From Stappiaceae bacterium (lineage in GTDB: Bacteria; Pseudomonadota; Alphaproteobacteria; Rhizobiales; Stappiaceae), in NCBI GenBank assembly GCA_039976075.1, contig JBDWFY010000001.1:159920-223919 (forward strand): a stretch of 64,000 nucleotides of DNA, in the 5' to 3' direction. Numbering within the stretch: position 1 is the first letter of the stretch; the number at the start of each line of letters is the position of its first letter. The notes below the pieces were generated by a model. The model searched no databases, was not told where the DNA came from, and saw nothing but the letters and a program-made list of their open reading frames with translations. Both the position numbers and the translations under genes were made by a program. Positions 47,116 to 57,592 of the stretch are shown here, piece after piece.

Positions 47116-48413
47116 TGACAGCGTCCCTTGAAAGTGGCAGTTCAGTGGAAGGAGATCCTTCGCTGGACGAGACCGTCAGGGCGTTTGGCCGGATCGGTGT
47201 GATGTCTTTTGGCGGTCCTGCAGCGCAGATTGCTTTGATGCATAAGGTAATCGTGGATGAAAAAAGCTGGCTGTCAGAGAAGCAGTTCCTCAATGCTCTG
47301 AGCTTTTGCATGTTGCTACCCGGCCCGGAAGCGATGCAACTCGCAACCTATGCCGGATGGCGGCTGCATGGCGTGCTCGGTGGTCTGATTGCCGGGTTGC
47401 TGTTCGTACTGCCCGGCGCAACCGTCATTCTGACATTGGGAACGATATACGCCTATCTGGGCAATGTGCCCCTGGTCGAAGCTTTGTTTCTGGGTATCAA
47501 GGCAGCCGTTTTGGTGATCGTGATTGAGGCATTGCTGAAAGTCTCGAAAAAAGCGCTGCATCAGAAAATGCACTGGGTGATAGCCGGGTTGGCTTTCATC
47601 GGCATTTTCTTTCTTCAAATGCCGTTTCCGCTCATTGTTCTGGCTGCTGCCTTGTTTGGGTTCTTTCAAGCGCGAGGGCAGGCCGGGGCGCTATCGCCGG
47701 AAACAGCCCGCACGGTATCTCCGTTCGATACGCTGCGCACGATTGTCGTTTGGCTTGCCATCTGGCTGGTTCCGCTGATAGCGGTCACGCTGTTGGCAGA
47801 TCAGGCCATCCTGACAGAGATCGGAACATTCTTCTCAAAACTCGCAGTGGTCACCTTTGGCGGCGCTTATGCGGTTCTGGCTTACATGGCGCAGGATGTC
47901 GTCAATCAATTCGGCTGGCTGACGGCGGGCGAGATGATGGATGGGTTGGGTCTTGCTGAAACCACACCGGGGCCGCTTATTCTGGTGACACAATTTGTCG
48001 GATTTCTCTCGGCATTTCGCGAAGGTGGCTTCATGCTTGGACTGGCGGGTGCGCTGGTTACTTTATGGGTAACGTTCGTACCGTGTTTCCTGTGGATCTT
48101 TGCCGGAGCGCCCTATATCGAGTGGATCGGCACCCAACCCAGGCTGAAGGGTGCATTGACGGCCATTACCGCTGCCGTAGTGGGGGTAATCCTCAACCTC
48201 TCGGTCTGGTTCGCCTTGCATGTGCTTTTTGCCAGTGTAACTCCGACAAAATACGGTCCGGTCACGCTTTGGCAACCGGACCTGACATCGGTCGATTGGC
48301 GAGCCTGGGCGCTGTTCGCCCTTTGCGCCGTTCTCGCCTTCGGGTTACATTGGGGCATCGGGCGGGTTCTGATCGTGTCCTCTTTGTTAGGGGCCTTGCT
48401 GACGCTTCTGTGA
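47112..48413 (+). CDS. chrA: Chromate ion transporter (CHR family, duplicated long form)
   Basis: 'GVMSFGGPAAQIALMH', 'LPGPEAMQLATYAGW' and the repeated second half 'FGGAYAVLAYM...PGPLILVTQFVGF'. Confidence 0.85.
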   Translation: MMTASLESGSSVEGDPSLDETVRAFGRIGVMSFGGPAAQIALMHKVIVDEKSWLSEKQFLNALSFCMLLPGPEAMQLATYAGWRLHGVLGGLIAGLLFVLPGATVILTLGTIYAYLGNVPLVEALFLGIKAAVLVIVIEALLKVSKKALHQKMHWVIAGLAFIGIFFLQMPFPLIVLAAALFGFFQARGQAGALSPETARTVSPFDTLRTIVVWLAIWLVPLIAVTLLADQAILTEIGTFFSKLAVVTFGGAYAVLAYMAQDVVNQFGWLTAGEMMDGLGLAETTPGPLILVTQFVGFLSAFREGGFMLGLAGALVTLWVTFVPCFLWIFAGAPYIEWIGTQPRLKGALTAITAAVVGVILNLSVWFALHVLFASVTPTKYGPVTLWQPDLTSVDWRAWALFALCAVLAFGLHWGIGRVLIVSSLLGALLTLL

Positions 48414-48429
48414 GTATCAGTCGACTGTC

Positions 48430-49632
48430 TCATTCGGCAGCTGAGGGGTCGGAAACAGGCAGGCGTACCAACAATCGGCTCAACACAAGAGCCGCAAGGC
48501 CACATAACGCAATTGTTGCGACCATTGGTGTTGCCGTGCCGTTGAAAAAGGGACTGGCGAGCGCGATCATGATGCCGCCGGTTACCATCTGTATGGTCCC
48601 GCCCAGTGAAGACGCCAATCCGGCAATGTCTCCATGATTATCCAGTGCCATCACCATGGTTGTGGGAATTACAAGACCAAGGCAGGCGTTGCCCAGGAAT
48701 AACAGTCCGATAATCACATAGAGCTCTCCAAATCCCGAGAGCGTCAGCGCGAGAAGTATCAGGGTAAACAGCGAAAACCCGGATACAGCCAACGAAACCA
48801 TCTTGGTCATTCCTATCCGTTGTCCGATCGTGGCTGCTGCCTGGGACGCACTGAAAAAGCCGACGGCGTTAAACGCGAAAGCCAGACTGAACTCAGTTGG
48901 AGAGAGACCGAATTGGCCGGTATACACAAACGATGCACTGGCAATGAACACAAAGAAACTGGCCATGCCAAACCCACCGATAAATGTCAGGCAAAGAAAA
49001 CCACCGTCAGACAAAAGAACCTTGGTGCCGCGCATGAACGTATTGGCGTTGAATGGCACGCGATTCTCTTTGTTGAGTGTCTCGGGCAATATGAAACCTG
49101 TCATTAACAGGCTGAGGATGGCCGCTCCTGCCAATAAGGCAAATATCGCGCGCCATCCGGCCACCAGAATAAGCCCGCTACCGGCGAGAGGTGCCAGCAT
49201 CGGCGAGATACTGATCACCAGCATGATCATCGCCATCAGCCGTGTAGCCGCAACTCCGGTGTGCAGATCGCGAATGATTGCGCGGGGAACCACCATGACC
49301 ACAGCTCCCCCGACACCCTGAACGAATCGCGCAAAGGTGAGCCATTCGATGGTTGGAGCAAACACGCAGCCAAGCGAACCGGCAATAAAGATACCAAGCC
49401 CAAAATAGAGTGGCGGTTTGCGGCCGACCTGATCTGCAATTGGTCCGTAGACAAGCTGCGCGATACCAAATGCCAGAAAGTAGAGTGTCAAAGTCATCTG
49501 CACAGCGCCAACCGAACTGCCAAGATCTGCAGCAATTGCGGGAAGAGCAGGGAGATACATATCGATCGCCAAAGGGCCAACACAGACGAGCAGGCCGAGA
49601 ATGAGCGCAGAGCGGAGCATACCGGAAGACAT
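48430..49632 (-). CDS. MFS multidrug efflux transporter, Bcr/CflA family
   Basis: 'LGLLVCVGPLAIDMYLPALPAIAADL' and 'GPIADQVGRKPPL' motifs. Confidence 0.8.
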   Translation of the reverse strand: MSSGMLRSALILGLLVCVGPLAIDMYLPALPAIAADLGSSVGAVQMTLTLYFLAFGIAQLVYGPIADQVGRKPPLYFGLGIFIAGSLGCVFAPTIEWLTFARFVQGVGGAVVMVVPRAIIRDLHTGVAATRLMAMIMLVISISPMLAPLAGSGLILVAGWRAIFALLAGAAILSLLMTGFILPETLNKENRVPFNANTFMRGTKVLLSDGGFLCLTFIGGFGMASFFVFIASASFVYTGQFGLSPTEFSLAFAFNAVGFFSASQAAATIGQRIGMTKMVSLAVSGFSLFTLILLALTLSGFGELYVIIGLLFLGNACLGLVIPTTMVMALDNHGDIAGLASSLGGTIQMVTGGIMIALASPFFNGTATPMVATIALCGLAALVLSRLLVRLPVSDPSAAE

Positions 49633-49804
49633 GATCAGACTTTCGAAACGGGGAAACCGGAAAATTATGAAAGACAATTAAAAAGCGAGCTGTCCTTATT
49701 ACGCTTAATTCAGACGTTCGCCTATAGAAAAGGAAGATACACGTGTGAATTGTATGTAATGATTTGCGGCGAAAGTCAGACAAACGGCGGTGAGGACTGA
49801 ACTG

Positions 49805-50344
49805 ATGGCAAGCGAACGGGAAAAAATGGCGTCGGGCGAATGGTACACCTGCCTTGACCCGGAGCTCGATGCTTTACGCCAAACCGCGCGAGAAGCAGTT
49901 CATCAGCACAACACCGCGCTACCCTCCGAGCGGATAAGAATGGGATCGCTACTTGCAGAACTGGTCGGTTCAGGCGCTGATAACGCGATGATCGAAGCCC
50001 CGTTTCACTGTGCCTACGGTTTCAACATCCATCTGGGGTCAGATGTCTACCTCAACGCCGGGTGCACGATCCTCGATACCGCTCCCGTTCGGATTGGAGC
50101 GGGAACACTGATCGGTCCCGCAGTGCAAATCTACTGTCCGGAACATCACAAACACGCAGACAAACGCAAACAAGGCCTCGAATTCGCCCGCCCTGTCGAA
50201 ATCGGCGCCAACGTGTGGATCGGCGGCGGCAGCATTATTCTCGGCGGAGTAGTCATCGGCGACGACGCGATCATTGCCGCAGGTTCAGTGGTGACACGCG
50301 ACGTGGAAGCCGGGACAACGGTGAAGGGCAATCCGGCACGGTAA
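49805..50344 (+). CDS. Sugar O-acetyltransferase (maltose/galactoside acetyltransferase-like, left-handed beta-helix)
   Basis: The N-terminus 'MASEREKMASGEWY' aligns with Maa 'MSTEKEKMIAGELY'. Hexapeptide repeats 'NVWIGGGSIILGGVVIGDDAIIAAGSVV'. Confidence 0.8.
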   Translation: MASEREKMASGEWYTCLDPELDALRQTAREAVHQHNTALPSERIRMGSLLAELVGSGADNAMIEAPFHCAYGFNIHLGSDVYLNAGCTILDTAPVRIGAGTLIGPAVQIYCPEHHKHADKRKQGLEFARPVEIGANVWIGGGSIILGGVVIGDDAIIAAGSVVTRDVEAGTTVKGNPAR

Positions 50345-50414
50345 GGCTGAAATGACAAATTAATCAGACTTTTTGTCGAATGCGTCCGGTCATGAAGTCG
50401 TCAAAGCCATTGTG

Positions 50415-51941
50415 CTAGCCAGAAAACGCATCGCCGTACTGTTCACGCAGGACGTTCTTCTGAACCTTACCCATTGTATTTCGCGGTAACTCATCAACGA
50501 CATAGAGACGCTTGGGTTGTTTGAAGCGGGCGATCTTGTCGCTGATCGATGCGAGGATGTTTTCCGCATCGATGGGCTGCTCACCATTCTGCACAAGAAT
50601 GCCGATGACACCTTCGCCGAAATCGGGGTGTGGGACACCAATGACAGCGGACTCTCGGACACCGTCCTGTTCGTCCAGCAGCAGCTCGACTTCCTTGGGG
50701 TAGATATTATAACCGCCGGAAATAATGAGATCTTTGGACCGACCGACGATATGGACATAGCCCTCGTCATCGATCTTCGCCAGATCGCCGGTTATGAAAT
50801 AGCCATCATCGCGAAACTCTTCTTTCGTTTTCTCCGGCATCTGCCAGTAGCCCTTGAAAACATTGCGGCCACTGACTTCGATTATGCCGATTTCACCATC
50901 GGGAAGAGGAATACCGGTCTCCGGATCTGCGATGCGCAGCGCCGTGCCCGGCAATGGAATTCCCACCGTTCCGGCACGTCTTTCTCCCAGATAGGGATTG
51001 GAGGTGTTCATGTTGGTCTCCGTCATACCGTAGCGCTCCAGAATGCGATGACCGGTGCGCCTTTCAAAGTCTACATGCGTTTCTGCCAGCAGCGGTGCGC
51101 TACCGGAAATGAACAATCGCATGTGATCGACACGGGTTTTGTCAAAGCGCGGATTGTCCAGAAGGCGTGTGTAGAACGTTGGAACGCCCATCATGGACGT
51201 GGCGCGGGACAGGGCATCAATCACGTCATCGGCATTGAAGCTGGGATGGAAAATCATGGAGGCACCGGTGAACAGAACGATATTCGTCGCCACAAACAGT
51301 CCGTGTGTATGAAAAACCGGTAACGCATGAAGCAAAACGTCGTCTTTGCTGAAATGCCAAAAATGACTCAGTGTTTTCGCATTTGAGAAAAGATTGTCAT
51401 GGCTCAGCATGGCACCCTTTGAACGACCGGTGGTGCCGGAAGTATAAAGGATCGCGGCCAGATCATCCGCATTTCGGTCAATGTTTAAAAAACTGGTTTT
51501 TGCAGAATCTGCCGCGAACGCCAATGAACCCGTCCCGGTTCCATCGCTCTTCCAGATACCTAATGTTTCGAGCGTGATACCGCGCTGATCCGCGAGGTCT
51601 TTATAATTCTGCCGATCATCCGGAGCACAGACAAAAATTCCGGGTTCTGAATTTTCAAGGAAATAGTCAACCTCCGAAGCTGTATAGGCGGTATTGAGTG
51701 CCAGAAATATGCCTCCTGCACGGACGGTACCCAGATACAGCATCAACGCATCGATTGATTTGGGGATCTGAGCAGCAACCCTGTCGCCCGGCTTTATTCC
51801 GAGATCGGCCAGCGCATTGGCAAATTGCGCCGAACGGTCCAATACGTCCTGATAGGTAAAGAGGCGTCCGTCGCTTGATTTGGCAAAGCGGGCGGCTGGA
51901 TCGACTTTTTCCAGCAACCCGTCAAAAAGATAATTACCCAT
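50415..51941 (-). CDS. matB: Malonyl-CoA synthetase (AMP-forming, ANL superfamily)
   Basis: 'MGNYLFDGLLEK...DRVAAQIPKSIDALMLYLGTVRAGGIFLALNTAYTASEVDYFLENSEP' closely resembles rhizobial MatB. AMP-binding motif 'YTSGTTGRSKG'. Confidence 0.85.
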   Translation of the reverse strand: MGNYLFDGLLEKVDPAARFAKSSDGRLFTYQDVLDRSAQFANALADLGIKPGDRVAAQIPKSIDALMLYLGTVRAGGIFLALNTAYTASEVDYFLENSEPGIFVCAPDDRQNYKDLADQRGITLETLGIWKSDGTGTGSLAFAADSAKTSFLNIDRNADDLAAILYTSGTTGRSKGAMLSHDNLFSNAKTLSHFWHFSKDDVLLHALPVFHTHGLFVATNIVLFTGASMIFHPSFNADDVIDALSRATSMMGVPTFYTRLLDNPRFDKTRVDHMRLFISGSAPLLAETHVDFERRTGHRILERYGMTETNMNTSNPYLGERRAGTVGIPLPGTALRIADPETGIPLPDGEIGIIEVSGRNVFKGYWQMPEKTKEEFRDDGYFITGDLAKIDDEGYVHIVGRSKDLIISGGYNIYPKEVELLLDEQDGVRESAVIGVPHPDFGEGVIGILVQNGEQPIDAENILASISDKIARFKQPKRLYVVDELPRNTMGKVQKNVLREQYGDAFSG

Positions 51942-53273
51942 TGGCCAGTTGCTTTGCTTTCTTTTCGGGGATCGTGCTACGCGACAGGGACAGAACAGCA
52001 CGAGAAGTCGCAACCTTGCGATTGGTGACAAATTCCTCGTGATGCTGTTCTACTTTGCTCAGTTCGTAAACGTAGTTGACCATGGCGCTGCTGGATTGGC
52101 TGAGGCCATTTTCCGATGTGTCGGCCAATGCGTGAACATCATGAATGGCTGCACCGTTACCAAGATGAAACCGCGCCACCGGATCAAGCGGCAGGCCATC
52201 AGGTCGCTTGGCCAGAACCAGGTAATTTGCTGCCAGTGCCTGGATGGCATCGGCGTGACTTTCCAGCATCTGTTCCCGATGAGCACTGTCGGTTGACTCA
52301 AGATCGGAGAGGATCACTCCGGCGAGAGCATTTTCCTCTTCGTCACGCTGCTTTGCCAGCCAGGTGTTGAACCGGGGTATTGGGGAAAGCGTGACGAATG
52401 TTTTCAACTGCGGCAAGTCTGCTGATAGATCCTCGACAACCTGTTTGATCAGGGAATTACCGAAGGAAATGCCTTTCAGTCCTTCCTGACAGTTGGAGAT
52501 TGAATAGAAAACGGCTGTATTCGAAGTTTCCGCAGCAATAATATCCCGTTCTTCAGCCAAAACGGACTGTATTGAGCCGGGCACACCCTTGGAAAGCGCA
52601 ACCTCAACAAAAATCAGTGGTTCATCCAGCATAGAGGGATGGAAAAAGGCAAAGCACCGCCGGTCCTCTGGTTGCAGGCGTCGCCTCAGATCGTCCCAGT
52701 CATTGATCGCGTGAACCGCTTCATACTGAATAATTTTTTCCAGAATGTTGGCGGGCGTTTCCCAATTGATCCGCCGAAGAACCAGAAAGCCCCTGTTGAA
52801 CCACGAGGACAGAAGATGGGTGAAATCGATGTCCGCGCGGGCAAAGGAGGGATGCTCTTTCAGATGCGCCAGCAGGTCCAGGCGCATATTGACGAGTTCA
52901 GCGGTGGCGCCGGGTACCTGATTGAGCCGCCGAAGCAGTTCCTGACGCGGGGGCTCGCTGGCAGACATCAGAGCAGCCAGTGTTTCTCCGGTGGGATCTT
53001 CACGGTAGGTAGCAGCACAGGCTTCTACGGTTGCGGCATCGAGATCCAGCTTTTCCGTCAGATAGTCGAAAAAACTGATCTTGGCGTCCGGCGACAAGGT
53101 TCGGTACGCGGCCAGAATTGCACGGGCGGTCTTGGTTCCGGAAACCTCTCCTGTCGCCGTGAGGAGCGCATCACAAAGTTCCTCAATTGGCTGACCGTCA
53201 TAATACGCTGACCCTGAAAACCGTGTTTCAAAGATCGTCGACAGCAGATCAGCCAGAAAATTTGAACGCATCA
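51934..53273 (-). CDS. matA: Malonyl-CoA decarboxylase
   Basis: MCD family pattern ('FFHPSMLDEPLIFVEVAL', 'FVTLSPIPRF'). The start is taken at the MM doublet; the upstream extension in the ORF track overlaps dctM. Confidence 0.75.
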
Positions 53274-54587
53274 TATTGCTCTTCCCATAACCTGATTGGG
53301 CAACCATGTCGCCAGTTCGGGGATGAAACATAGTATCAAAATTGCAATCACCATGCAGGCCACATAAGGCAGTGAGCCGGTAAGAATTGTTTTCAGCGAT
53401 ATATCCGGCGCAATGCCGTTAATGACATAGAGATTGAGCCCCACTGGCGGCGAGATCAGGCCAATTTCCATATTGATCGTCAGGATAACAGCAAACCAAT
53501 ACGGATCGAAGCCGGCGGTGGTAACAATCGGCAGTAAAATGGGAGAGGCCATCAGAATGACGGCAACAGGGGGTAGAAAAAATCCGGCAACCAGAAGAAA
53601 CAGATTGATCACACCCATCAAAACCCATCGATTGACTTCGAGCGTGCCGATCCAGGCGGCGATGGACTGTGTGATAAACAGACTGGAGAGCATATAGGCA
53701 AACACGCCTGCAGCCGCGATAATGAACAGGATCATCACGCTTTCCCTGGTGGAATCGCGCAAGACCACCCAAAGATCTTTGGGGTTCCAGAGACGATAAA
53801 TCACCATGGCAATGATGAGGCAGAGCAGGGCGCCCACTGCCGCCGTTTCCGAAGGCGTCGCTACGCCGCCATACATGGCGTACAAAACACCGAAAATGAT
53901 CAGGATAAACGGCAACACCCTCGGTAAAATCGCCAGTTTTTCCTTCAGGGTGTATGACCGGTCGGCGAATACAGAGGCATCGCCACTCCGCCAGGTGGAG
54001 TAAAGCGACCACACCATGAACAAGCCAACCAGAAGCAGGCCAGGCAATACACCGGCAAGAAACAGCCTTCCGATCGATGTTTCAGTGGCAATACCATAGA
54101 CAATCATTGTCACCGACGGCGGTATCAATATACCCAACGTGCCGCCTGCGGCGATCGATCCCGCCGCAACGCCATCGGGATAGCCTCTTTTGCGCATTTC
54201 CGGGATGCCCATCTTGCCGATAGCGGCGCAGGTTGCAGGCGAAGAACCTGACATGGCAGCGAACAGCGCACAGGCGCCCAAATTGGAGATGACCAGTCCG
54301 CCAGGCACACGGGTCAACCAACGCTCCAGCGCTTCATAGAGATCAGCACCGGCCCGTGTGGAAGAAATCGCTGCCCCCATAATGATGAACATAGGGATGG
54401 AAAGAAGCGCAAAGCTGTCCAACTTGCCAAAAAATATTTCAGGCATGAGTTCCAGCGATCGCAAGCCGTCAAACGTGATCAGAAAGCCGGCGGAAACGAT
54501 CAATAAGCCAGTTGCTACCGAAACGCCGGAGAAAAGAACGAGTATTGTGACGATTGCGACCAGAGCGCCGAGCAGAATCGGGTCCAT
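53271..54587 (-). CDS. TRAP transporter large permease subunit (DctM family)
   Basis: 438 aa with the canonical DctM sequence pattern. Confidence 0.9.
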   Translation of the reverse strand: MDPILLGALVAIVTILVLFSGVSVATGLLIVSAGFLITFDGLRSLELMPEIFFGKLDSFALLSIPMFIIMGAAISSTRAGADLYEALERWLTRVPGGLVISNLGACALFAAMSGSSPATCAAIGKMGIPEMRKRGYPDGVAAGSIAAGGTLGILIPPSVTMIVYGIATETSIGRLFLAGVLPGLLLVGLFMVWSLYSTWRSGDASVFADRSYTLKEKLAILPRVLPFILIIFGVLYAMYGGVATPSETAAVGALLCLIIAMVIYRLWNPKDLWVVLRDSTRESVMILFIIAAAGVFAYMLSSLFITQSIAAWIGTLEVNRWVLMGVINLFLLVAGFFLPPVAVILMASPILLPIVTTAGFDPYWFAVILTINMEIGLISPPVGLNLYVINGIAPDISLKTILTGSLPYVACMVIAILILCFIPELATWLPNQVMGRAI

Positions 54588-55138
54588 TATCGGTTATCCT
54601 GTAGGCCGAACGGTCGGTCGATGCCGGAAATGACCGCCAATAGATCCGCGATGAGTTGAAGGAGAAAGAGACCGAATCCAACCGGCATGGCCAAATACGG
54701 TATCCAGAGCCGAACACCCCAGACCGTGTCGGATTTCCAGTTTCGCGACCACGCTTCGTACCAGAATTCAAAACCATAAAAGAACATCAGGCCAACAATG
54801 GCCAGACTTGCAAGGAGGGTGATAATTGCAAGAATCCGTCGGGCCACCTTCGGCAGCATCAACGGCAGCAGGTCAACATTCACATGGCCGCGCAACCGTT
54901 GAACATAGGGCAAGCCGACGAGGGTAGCGCTGATCATCAGGTAGACGACGGCTTCAGTCTGCCAAATCGTTGAATGATTGAGAACAAATCGGACGAAAAT
55001 CATCTGGCAGGTAATCAGAACAGCCAGCACGATCATGCCTGCAGCAACCCAACCTGATAGTGTCGATAACGCCGCGACCAGTTTCAGAAATGGATTTGAA
55101 CCTGTTTCAGCCGGTTGAGCATTGCTTTGTGTCGCCAT
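54587..55138 (-). CDS. TRAP transporter small permease subunit (DctQ family)
   Basis: Four TM helices and a stop/start overlap with dctM. Confidence 0.8.
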   Translation of the reverse strand: MATQSNAQPAETGSNPFLKLVAALSTLSGWVAAGMIVLAVLITCQMIFVRFVLNHSTIWQTEAVVYLMISATLVGLPYVQRLRGHVNVDLLPLMLPKVARRILAIITLLASLAIVGLMFFYGFEFWYEAWSRNWKSDTVWGVRLWIPYLAMPVGFGLFLLQLIADLLAVISGIDRPFGLQDNR

Positions 55139-55215
55139 GCTGGCACCCCCCACAAAGATTAACTGCAAAAAGGTAGACGGATGGCGCGCAGAACGCCATC
55201 CGACGTATCATCAGA

Positions 55216-56208
55216 TTATTGAACCGCTAAAGCCAGATCGAGCAAATTCTGACCATTTGGCACATCTTCGAGGAACTTCTTGTATGAAGATCCCTGAGCA
55301 ATTTCCCGCCACTGGTCAAATTCTTCCTGGCTCATTTCAGCAATTTCAACTCCGGCTTCCTTATAGACATCGACAGAATTGGCATCCTGTTTCTTTGCTT
55401 CCGCAAGATAGTATGCTTCTGCCTTCGCAGCTGCGGCATCGAGGGCGGCCTTTTGTGCATCGTTTAAGCCATCATACGCTGATTTATTGATCAGCAGCGG
55501 CTGGTACATGAACCACAAAGCGAAGTCTCCGGCTGGTGTGTAGCACTTGACCTGCTCGAAAATGCGATACGAAACAAATGAGGAAGACGAAGTATTCGCC
55601 GCCTGAAGAACCCCGGTTTGCATGGCATTGTAAATCTCGGATGAAGCCATGGAGGCAATGGACGCACCGGCTGCCGCCAGCATCTGTTCAAAGGCTTTGC
55701 CTGCAGCGCGTGTTTGCAGACCTGCGACATCTTCAGGTTTCGTAATGCATTTGTCCTTACCGGCAAAGCCCCCCGCAAGATATCCATGAACGAGAACTTT
55801 TACATCGTCCTCTTCCATCAGTTTTTCGATTTCCTGCATGAATGGAGATGTGTTCAGGCGTGCCGCATGATCGTGGTTTTTCACGAGCCCGGGCATTAAT
55901 GTCAGATTGAATTCCGGTCTCTGACCACCAGCGTAGGAAAGCGGGAAAACCGTCATGTCCAACTGGCCGCGAGAGAGAGGTTTATATTGCTCGCGCGGCT
56001 TGAACAGTGACTTTGAGGGAAAGATTTTCACGGAAAGATCGACATCTGCGGCCGCGACTTCATCGGCGACTATTTGCGCAACCTTGTGCCGTACATCTTT
56101 GGTGGACCATTGATGCGACAGTCGGAGTTCCGTCGCTGATGCGACACCGCTTATCGCTAAGCTGCTGGTCAGAGCCATGAGGGCAACGGCGGCGGACAAT
56201 TTTTTCAT
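55216..56208 (-). CDS. TRAP transporter periplasmic solute-binding protein (DctP family), probable malonate-binding
   Basis: Signal peptide plus the DctP pattern 'ELRLSHQWSTKD'. Confidence 0.85.
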   Translation of the reverse strand: MKKLSAAVALMALTSSLAISGVASATELRLSHQWSTKDVRHKVAQIVADEVAAADVDLSVKIFPSKSLFKPREQYKPLSRGQLDMTVFPLSYAGGQRPEFNLTLMPGLVKNHDHAARLNTSPFMQEIEKLMEEDDVKVLVHGYLAGGFAGKDKCITKPEDVAGLQTRAAGKAFEQMLAAAGASIASMASSEIYNAMQTGVLQAANTSSSSFVSYRIFEQVKCYTPAGDFALWFMYQPLLINKSAYDGLNDAQKAALDAAAAKAEAYYLAEAKKQDANSVDVYKEAGVEIAEMSQEEFDQWREIAQGSSYKKFLEDVPNGQNLLDLALAVQ

Positions 56209-56314
56209 TTCTAATTCCTCCCAGAATCGTCGATCGCGGTGCCGATTTTAAATCTTCTGAATAAATCTCCGCGTCTTGTTTACGATAAACGCCTTGCATT
56301 CCATGTCAACGGTT

Positions 56315-56324
56315 TTGTATACAA
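56315..56324. promoter_or_regulatory. Palindrome TTGTATACAA in the dctP/matR divergent region; candidate GntR(MatR) operator
   Basis: Read from the sequence. It has the GT-N-AC core typical of FadR-subfamily binding sites. Confidence 0.35.
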
Positions 56325-56370
56325 AAAAGGAGTAATTGAATAATCAAGACCTGTGTGAGAAAGTCTCCTG

Positions 56371-57042
56371 ATGACAATGCGCAGAGCTGACACGATCCGG
56401 GAAACGTTGGAACAGATGATTGTTACCGGCGAATTTTCCGATGGCGAACGTCTGGATGAAGTGCGACTCGCCGAGCGCTTTGACGTTTCCCGAACTCCTC
56501 TGAGGGAAGCCTTTCAAGCACTTGCGGCCTCAGGCCTGCTGGAACTGGTGCCACGCCGAGGGGCATTCGTCAGACATCCGGGGTTCGTGGATCTTGTTGA
56601 AATGTTCGAAGTAATGGCAGAACTTGAGGCACTGTGCGGCAGACTTGCTGCCCGACGGATCTCCGCTGACGCTCTGGCAGATATGCAGGCGGCGGCGGCG
56701 GCCTGTGAGAAAGCCATGGAAGCGGGAGATACCAATCTCTATTACCGTGAAAATGAGCGCTTTCACAATTTTCTGTACCAGGCCAGCGGCAACAGTTTTC
56801 TCGCTGAGGAATCAACGCGGCTCCATAAACGTCTTCAGCCATTTCGCCGGATGCAGTTGCTTGTACGAGGCCGAATGAGCCAGTCCATGAAAGAACATCG
56901 CGATATCCTTGCCGCACTGGAAGAAGGATCAGCAGAAAAAACTGCCCAGGTCCTCCGCAGCCACATCGCCATTCAGGGTGAAAAATTTAATGACCTGATG
57001 GCAAGTTACAGCGCCGATAAAAAGAAGGCCCGATCAGCGTAA
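56371..57042 (+). CDS. matR: GntR-family (FCD) transcriptional regulator, probable malonate-locus regulator
   Basis: wHTH 'LAERFDVSRTPLREAFQALAASGLL', divergent to the matPQM-matA-matB genes. Confidence 0.75.
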   Translation: MTMRRADTIRETLEQMIVTGEFSDGERLDEVRLAERFDVSRTPLREAFQALAASGLLELVPRRGAFVRHPGFVDLVEMFEVMAELEALCGRLAARRISADALADMQAAAAACEKAMEAGDTNLYYRENERFHNFLYQASGNSFLAEESTRLHKRLQPFRRMQLLVRGRMSQSMKEHRDILAALEEGSAEKTAQVLRSHIAIQGEKFNDLMASYSADKKKARSA

Positions 57043-57592
57043 CAGAATTCAGCTTCTTTTTGTGGGCACTCTTATCCTGGCTGGCAATCTCCTCGACAGG
57101 GCAGGGCAGGGCGGGGCGGTGTCAAGTGAAGGCCTTTCCATTGCAGCTCTCAGAAACGCCCCGTGTGCATCGGACAGCCGTTATTGGTTGCCGATGACCC
57201 CACTTTTCATTCAGCTGATCCAACAACGACCAATCTTCCCCACGTAAAGCAAGATCATTTTTTATTGACGCCGTATTGCAGCGACAAGCGACTGCTCGCT
57301 TTTGACGATAAAACGGGGTTCTCCGTGCAGCATCTGACCTTGGAGTTTTGTGCCGCGTACGCCGGACAGTGTTGCCTTTTCAATCAGTGCGATGCAGCCG
57401 CAACTTCGATGGCCAGTTGTCAGCGGGCATACAGCGGCAATTGAGCCCGCACAGTGTCCTCAGGAATTTTCTACCGGGCTCTATTGTTTTTTCGATTTCG
57501 ATTGGTATATGAACATACGTTCGTTCAATTTTATACGAAAGGCGTTCGCATTATGCATATTCCCAGTCGTCGTTTTATTCACCGGAACTCGA

